NCBI GenBank assembly: GCA_963743915.1
Contig: CAVURN010000003.1
Location: 416,001 to 480,000 of the forward strand
DNA from: an uncultured Actinomycetota bacterium
Lineage (GTDB): Bacteria > Actinomycetota > Actinomycetes > JAHEKZ01
Direction: 5' to 3'
DNA length: 64,000 bases
A program made the translations under genes and the position numbers. Below are positions 60,052 to 64,000 of the stretch, one piece after another. Position 1 is the first letter of the stretch; every line of letters starts with the position of its first letter. The notes beneath the pieces are model-generated. The model was not told the DNA's origin. It searched no databases and saw nothing but the letters and a program-made list of their open reading frames with translations.

Positions 60052-61213
60052 CGGCAGCCGCGGAGAGGCGCGCAAGCGCCTCCCGCAGCACCGTCTCCCT
60101 TTTGCTGAACGTCCACCGGACGAGTGCGCGCTCCGCCGGGCCGGGGTCCTCGTAGAACACCGAGCACGGCACCGCGACGACGCCGGTACGGTGCGGGAGC
60201 TCCCGACAGAAGGTCAGCGCGTCGTCCCAACCGACCGAGCGCACGTCCGTGGTGACGAAGTAGGTGCCGCGCGGCCGGTGCGCCTCGAACCCCGCGGCCG
60301 CCAGTCCGTCGGTCAGCAGGTCGCGGCGCGCGGCCATCGACTCCCGCAGTCCCTCGACGAAAGCCATCTCGTGGGCCAGGGCATGGGCCACGGCGAACTG
60401 GAACGGTCCACCGCTCACGAAGGTCAGGAACTGCTTGGTCGTGCGCACGGCGTCGACCAGGTGAGCCGGGCCCGTCACCCAGCCGACCTTCCAGCCGGTG
60501 AAGGAGAACATCTTGCCCGCGCTCGAGATGGTGAGCGTCCGCTCGGCCATCCCCGGCAGCGTGCAGAACGGGACGTGCGCCTCGTCGAACGCGAGATGCT
60601 CGTACACCTCGTCGGTGACGACGATCAGATCGTGCTCCTCGGCGACCCGGGCCACGGCCGTCAGCTCGTCGCGGGAGAGCACCGCTCCGGTGGGGTTGTG
60701 CGGCGAGTTCAGCAGGATGACCTTCGTGCGCGGCGTGATGGCGTCGCGCAGCAGCTGCTCGTCGAGACGGAAGTCGGGGGGTCGGATCCGGACGGGAACG
60801 CATCGACCACGCGCCATCGCGATGGTCGCCCGGTAGGAGTCGTAGAACGGCTCGAGGGCGATCACCTCGTCCCCGATGTCGATGAGCGCCAGCATCGCGG
60901 CCGCGATGGCCTCGGTGGCGCCAGCTGTCACCAACACCTGCACGTCCGGATCCAGCGCGACGCCGTAGCTGCGCCGCTGGTGGCCGGCGATCGCGTGACG
61001 CAGCTCGGGGACCCCCGGACCAGGCGGGTACTGGTTCCCACGTCCCTCACGGATCGCGGCCACGGCTGACTCCGCCACCGACGGTGGGCCGTCGACGTCG
61101 GGGAAGCCCTGCCCGAGGTTGATGGCGCCGGTCTGCACGGCGAGGGCCGACATCTCGGCGAAGATCGTGGTGCCCAGACCGGCCAGGTGCGGGACGAGCG
61201 GCTCGCGGCTCAC
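60041..61213 (-). CDS. Class I/II PLP aminotransferase (DapC/YbdL-like)
   Basis: TIFAEMS, NLGQGFPD, NSPHNPTG, DEVYE, SAGKMFSFTGWKVGW. Confidence 0.93.
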   Translation of the reverse strand: MSREPLVPHLAGLGTTIFAEMSALAVQTGAINLGQGFPDVDGPPSVAESAVAAIREGRGNQYPPGPGVPELRHAIAGHQRRSYGVALDPDVQVLVTAGATEAIAAAMLALIDIGDEVIALEPFYDSYRATIAMARGRCVPVRIRPPDFRLDEQLLRDAITPRTKVILLNSPHNPTGAVLSRDELTAVARVAEEHDLIVVTDEVYEHLAFDEAHVPFCTLPGMAERTLTISSAGKMFSFTGWKVGWVTGPAHLVDAVRTTKQFLTFVSGGPFQFAVAHALAHEMAFVEGLRESMAARRDLLTDGLAAAGFEAHRPRGTYFVTTDVRSVGWDDALTFCRELPHRTGVVAVPCSVFYEDPGPAERALVRWTFSKRETVLREALARLSAAAVSA

Positions 61214-61235
61214 GTGCCCACCGTACGGTGGACCG
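61214..61235. promoter_or_regulatory. 22-bp bidirectional leaderless promoter
   Basis: Palindrome CCACCGTACGGTGG gives TACGGT on both strands, each 6 nt from a GTG. Confidence 0.7.
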
Positions 61236-62312
61236 GTGATCGACGACGGGATCGGACCCGATGCGCGCGTCACCGCGTCCGGTGAGCTGGCGCGGGCACT
61301 GGACGCCGTCTCCGTGCTCGCGCCGGCCGCAGAGCAGCTCGAGTCCGTGGGCGTGACCCGGGCGGAGGTCGACACGCTCGCCGATGCCGGCGTCCTGTCG
61401 GCGGGTCTGCTCCCCGGGTGGACGCCACCGAACGTCCGTGAGCTCCACGAGCAGCTGGCTGCGGCGTCCGGGGCCCTGTGGTTCGTGCTGACGCAGCACC
61501 GGTCACCGGCGACGGCTGCCGCCTCGACGGCGAACGCCGCGCTGCGCGAGCGGTGGTCGGGGCCGCTGACGCGGGGAACGGCGCTCGGCGCCGTGGCCTT
61601 CGCGCACCTGCGTCGACCGGGGCCGGCCGGCGTCACCGCCAAACGCCTGGACGGCGGCTGGCAGGTCGACGGCCGGCTCGACTGGATCACCTCGTGGGGA
61701 CTGGCCGACGTGCTGCTGCTGATGGCCGAGTCGCCGGATGGTGAGGTGGTGCAGGCGCTCCTTCCCGCGTCCGCGCGGGAGGGACTCCGCATCACCGGGC
61801 CCCTCGCCCTGGCGGCGATGCAGGGGACGTCGACGGTGGGTGCAGTGCTCGACGGACTCCGGATCGAGGACGCCGAAGTCGCCCACGTGGTGCCGAAGGA
61901 CGAATGGCTGACCGAGGACGCGCAGCGCACCGCCAACGCCCCACCCGCTGTCTTCGGCCTCACCCGGGTGGTCGTGAACGCCCTGGCCGCTGCCGCGTCC
62001 AGGCGTGGATCTGCTGAGGCGACGGCACTGGCCGGCCGGTGGAGGACGGAGATGGCGGCGATCCGCTCGCGTTCGTACGCCCTGGCCGACGACGTCGATC
62101 CGGCCGAGGCGCTCGACGAGCGGCGCCGGCTGCGGGCAGCCGCGACCCGGCTCGCGCAGGACGCCACATCGGCTCTGATCGCCGTGCAAGGTGGACGCGC
62201 CATGCTCACGTCGTCGCCCGAGCAGCGGTGGGCACGAGAGGCGCTCTTCGCGCTGGTGCAGGCACAGACGGCCGTGACTCGAGCGGCGCTCCTGGCGACC
62301 TATCGCGGCTGA
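61236..62312 (+). CDS. Acyl-CoA dehydrogenase-like protein
   Basis: FVLTQH, GWQVDGRLDWITSWG, GGRAML...QRWAREALF. Confidence 0.8.
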   Translation: MIDDGIGPDARVTASGELARALDAVSVLAPAAEQLESVGVTRAEVDTLADAGVLSAGLLPGWTPPNVRELHEQLAAASGALWFVLTQHRSPATAAASTANAALRERWSGPLTRGTALGAVAFAHLRRPGPAGVTAKRLDGGWQVDGRLDWITSWGLADVLLLMAESPDGEVVQALLPASAREGLRITGPLALAAMQGTSTVGAVLDGLRIEDAEVAHVVPKDEWLTEDAQRTANAPPAVFGLTRVVVNALAAAASRRGSAEATALAGRWRTEMAAIRSRSYALADDVDPAEALDERRRLRAAATRLAQDATSALIAVQGGRAMLTSSPEQRWAREALFALVQAQTAVTRAALLATYRG

Positions 62313-63403
62313 GTGACGAGCTCGCGCAGCCGGTCGTGCGGAAGGGCAGGAGAGCGGAACCCGTTGCGCCCCGTCATCGTCTCGGCGGCCACGAGGGCGT
62401 TGACCACGGCCTCCTCGACGGCGTGCACGGTGGCGGCGTAGAGACGGTCGATGTACCCCCAGGGCACCATCGACACCTGCTGCAGCCGACCCTCAGCCGG
62501 ACGGCTCCGACCGCCGACGTTCGTCGCCCCGGGGTTGCCGGTGGAGAACGCCAGGAAGATGTCGCCGCTGAAGTGCGAGCCGGTCGTTCCGGTGCGGGCC
62601 AGTCCCAGCGGCACGCGCCGGGCGAGCGCCTCACACTGCTGCGGCAGCAGCGGCGCGTCGGTCGCCACCACCACGATCACGGAGCCGCCACCGGGGGGCC
62701 TGGTCTCGGCTGCCGCGAACGGATTGTCCTCCGGGATCGCCTTGCCCACCGGCACGCCCCGGATCGTCAGCTCCTCGCGGTCGCCGAAGTTCGCCTGCAG
62801 CAGCACGCCGACGGTGTAGGCGGTGTCCCCGTAGCCGACCGAGCGAGATGCTGTCCCCGTCCCGCCCTTGAAGCAGTAGCAGTTCATTCCTGTACCGCCG
62901 CCCACGTTGCCCTCGGCGACCGGGCCGCCTCGGGCGGCGTCCAGGGCAGCGACGGCGTGCTCTGTGGTGACGTGATGGCCGTTGATGTCGTTGAGGTCAC
63001 CGTCGTACGTCTCCCCGACGCAGGGCAGCATCCACTCGGCCGCCACATCCGGAGCGTTGACGATCGTCCAGTCGATGACCCCGCGGTGCACGGGGCCGAC
63101 GGCGTGCGAGTTGGTGATCCCGACGGGCAGGTGCAGCAGCCCGGTCTCGGCGATCCAGTGCGAGCCTGTCAGCTCGCCGTTGCCGTTCATCGAGTGGATG
63201 CCGGCGTGGCAGGCATCGCCGACACCGTCGCGGCCGCGCGGAAGGATGGCGGTGACGCCGGTGCGCACCGCGTGCGGGCCCTCGCCCTGGACGAGCGTGG
63301 TGTACCCGACCTGCACTCCGGACACGTCGGTGATCGCGTTGAGCGGGCCGGGTGTGCCGTCGAAGTCGATGCCGAGGTCGCGAGCCCGTGGAGTCGTCGT
63401 CAT
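62300..63403 (-). CDS. P1/S58 family peptidase (DmpA-like aminopeptidase)
   Basis: [51 protein letters not shown]. Confidence 0.93.
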   Translation of the reverse strand: MTTTPRARDLGIDFDGTPGPLNAITDVSGVQVGYTTLVQGEGPHAVRTGVTAILPRGRDGVGDACHAGIHSMNGNGELTGSHWIAETGLLHLPVGITNSHAVGPVHRGVIDWTIVNAPDVAAEWMLPCVGETYDGDLNDINGHHVTTEHAVAALDAARGGPVAEGNVGGGTGMNCYCFKGGTGTASRSVGYGDTAYTVGVLLQANFGDREELTIRGVPVGKAIPEDNPFAAAETRPPGGGSVIVVVATDAPLLPQQCEALARRVPLGLARTGTTGSHFSGDIFLAFSTGNPGATNVGGRSRPAEGRLQQVSMVPWGYIDRLYAATVHAVEEAVVNALVAAETMTGRNGFRSPALPHDRLRELVTQPR

Positions 63404-63429
63404 GGGGTGATCGTGTCAGGGTGAGGACC

Positions 63430-64000
63430 ATGAGCACTGCACTGGTCACGGGTCCGACCTCCGGCCTCGGGGCCGGCTTCGCCCGACGCCTGGCGTCTGA
63501 CGGCCACGACCTGGTGCTCGTGGCCCGCGACGCCGAGCGGCTGGAGCGGCTCGCGTCCGAGCTGCGCGGGCACGGGGTGGAGGTCGAGGTGCTGGTGGCC
63601 GACCTCGGTGAACGGGGCGACCTGCGCAACGTCGAGCGGCGGCTGCAGGATGCAGCGCGTCCCGTGGACGTGCTCGTCAACAACGCCGGGTTCAGCGTCA
63701 ACCAGCGATTCGCGAGCGGGGATGTCGAGCGCGAGCAGGCGATGATCGACGTGATGGTGACCGCGGTCATGCGGCTCACCCGGTCCGCCGTCGGCGGCAT
63801 GACGCAGCGCGGCAGCGGCGTGGTGATCAACGTGTCGAGCGTCGCCGGGTTCCTGCCCTTCAGCACCTACAGCGCGGCGAAGTCATGGGTGACCACGTTC
63901 ACGCAGGGTCTGGCGACAGAGCTGGACGGCACCGGCGTGCGCGTGATCGCCGTCTGTCCGGGTTTCGTCAGGACCGAGTTCCACGAGCGCGCCGGCATCG
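63430..64000 (+). CDS. SDR family oxidoreductase, 3'-truncated
   Basis: [31 protein letters not shown]. Confidence 0.93.
   Translation, partial: MSTALVTGPTSGLGAGFARRLASDGHDLVLVARDAERLERLASELRGHGVEVEVLVADLGERGDLRNVERRLQDAARPVDVLVNNAGFSVNQRFASGDVEREQAMIDVMVTAVMRLTRSAVGGMTQRGSGVVINVSSVAGFLPFSTYSAAKSWVTTFTQGLATELDGTGVRVIAVCPGFVRTEFHERAGI

Noticed and set aside
60041-62209. 722-aa aminotransferase with a long N-terminal extension
   Set aside because: The extension is the antisense of the acyl-CoA dehydrogenase gene; the real start is GTG 61213

Overview
High-GC actinobacterial chromosomal segment (HspR-type dnaK operon, mycothiol-dependent enzyme family, SigB/F-type stress module, many apparently leaderless genes), with about 70 genes and one tRNA-Gly(CCC). 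I saw no CRISPR array, rRNA, transposase or integrase. Many genes carry single-base frameshifts that look like assembly errors, so several boundaries were reconstructed by hand across frames. Main blocks: an ECF sigma/anti-sigma/ABC cassette bracketed by a ~75-bp palindromic direct repeat (3.9-7.8 kb); an MMPL transporter, AfsR/SARP-ATPase regulator and hemerythrin with a shared triple 11-bp-period operator (14-21 kb); fatty-acid redox genes with a shared palindrome; a tRNA-adjacent block with a DUF393/HTTM operon; dnaK-grpE-dnaJ-hspR-clpB; a SigB/F regulon with seven matching promoters; and an amidase, C45 Ntn-hydrolase and ATP-grasp cluster. The most novel-looking signal is a family of three ~50-aa proteins sharing a W-R-Y-x8-R-x2-R-x-A-x-E motif (11847, 34818, 35033). 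All family assignments come from motif recognition, not database searches.
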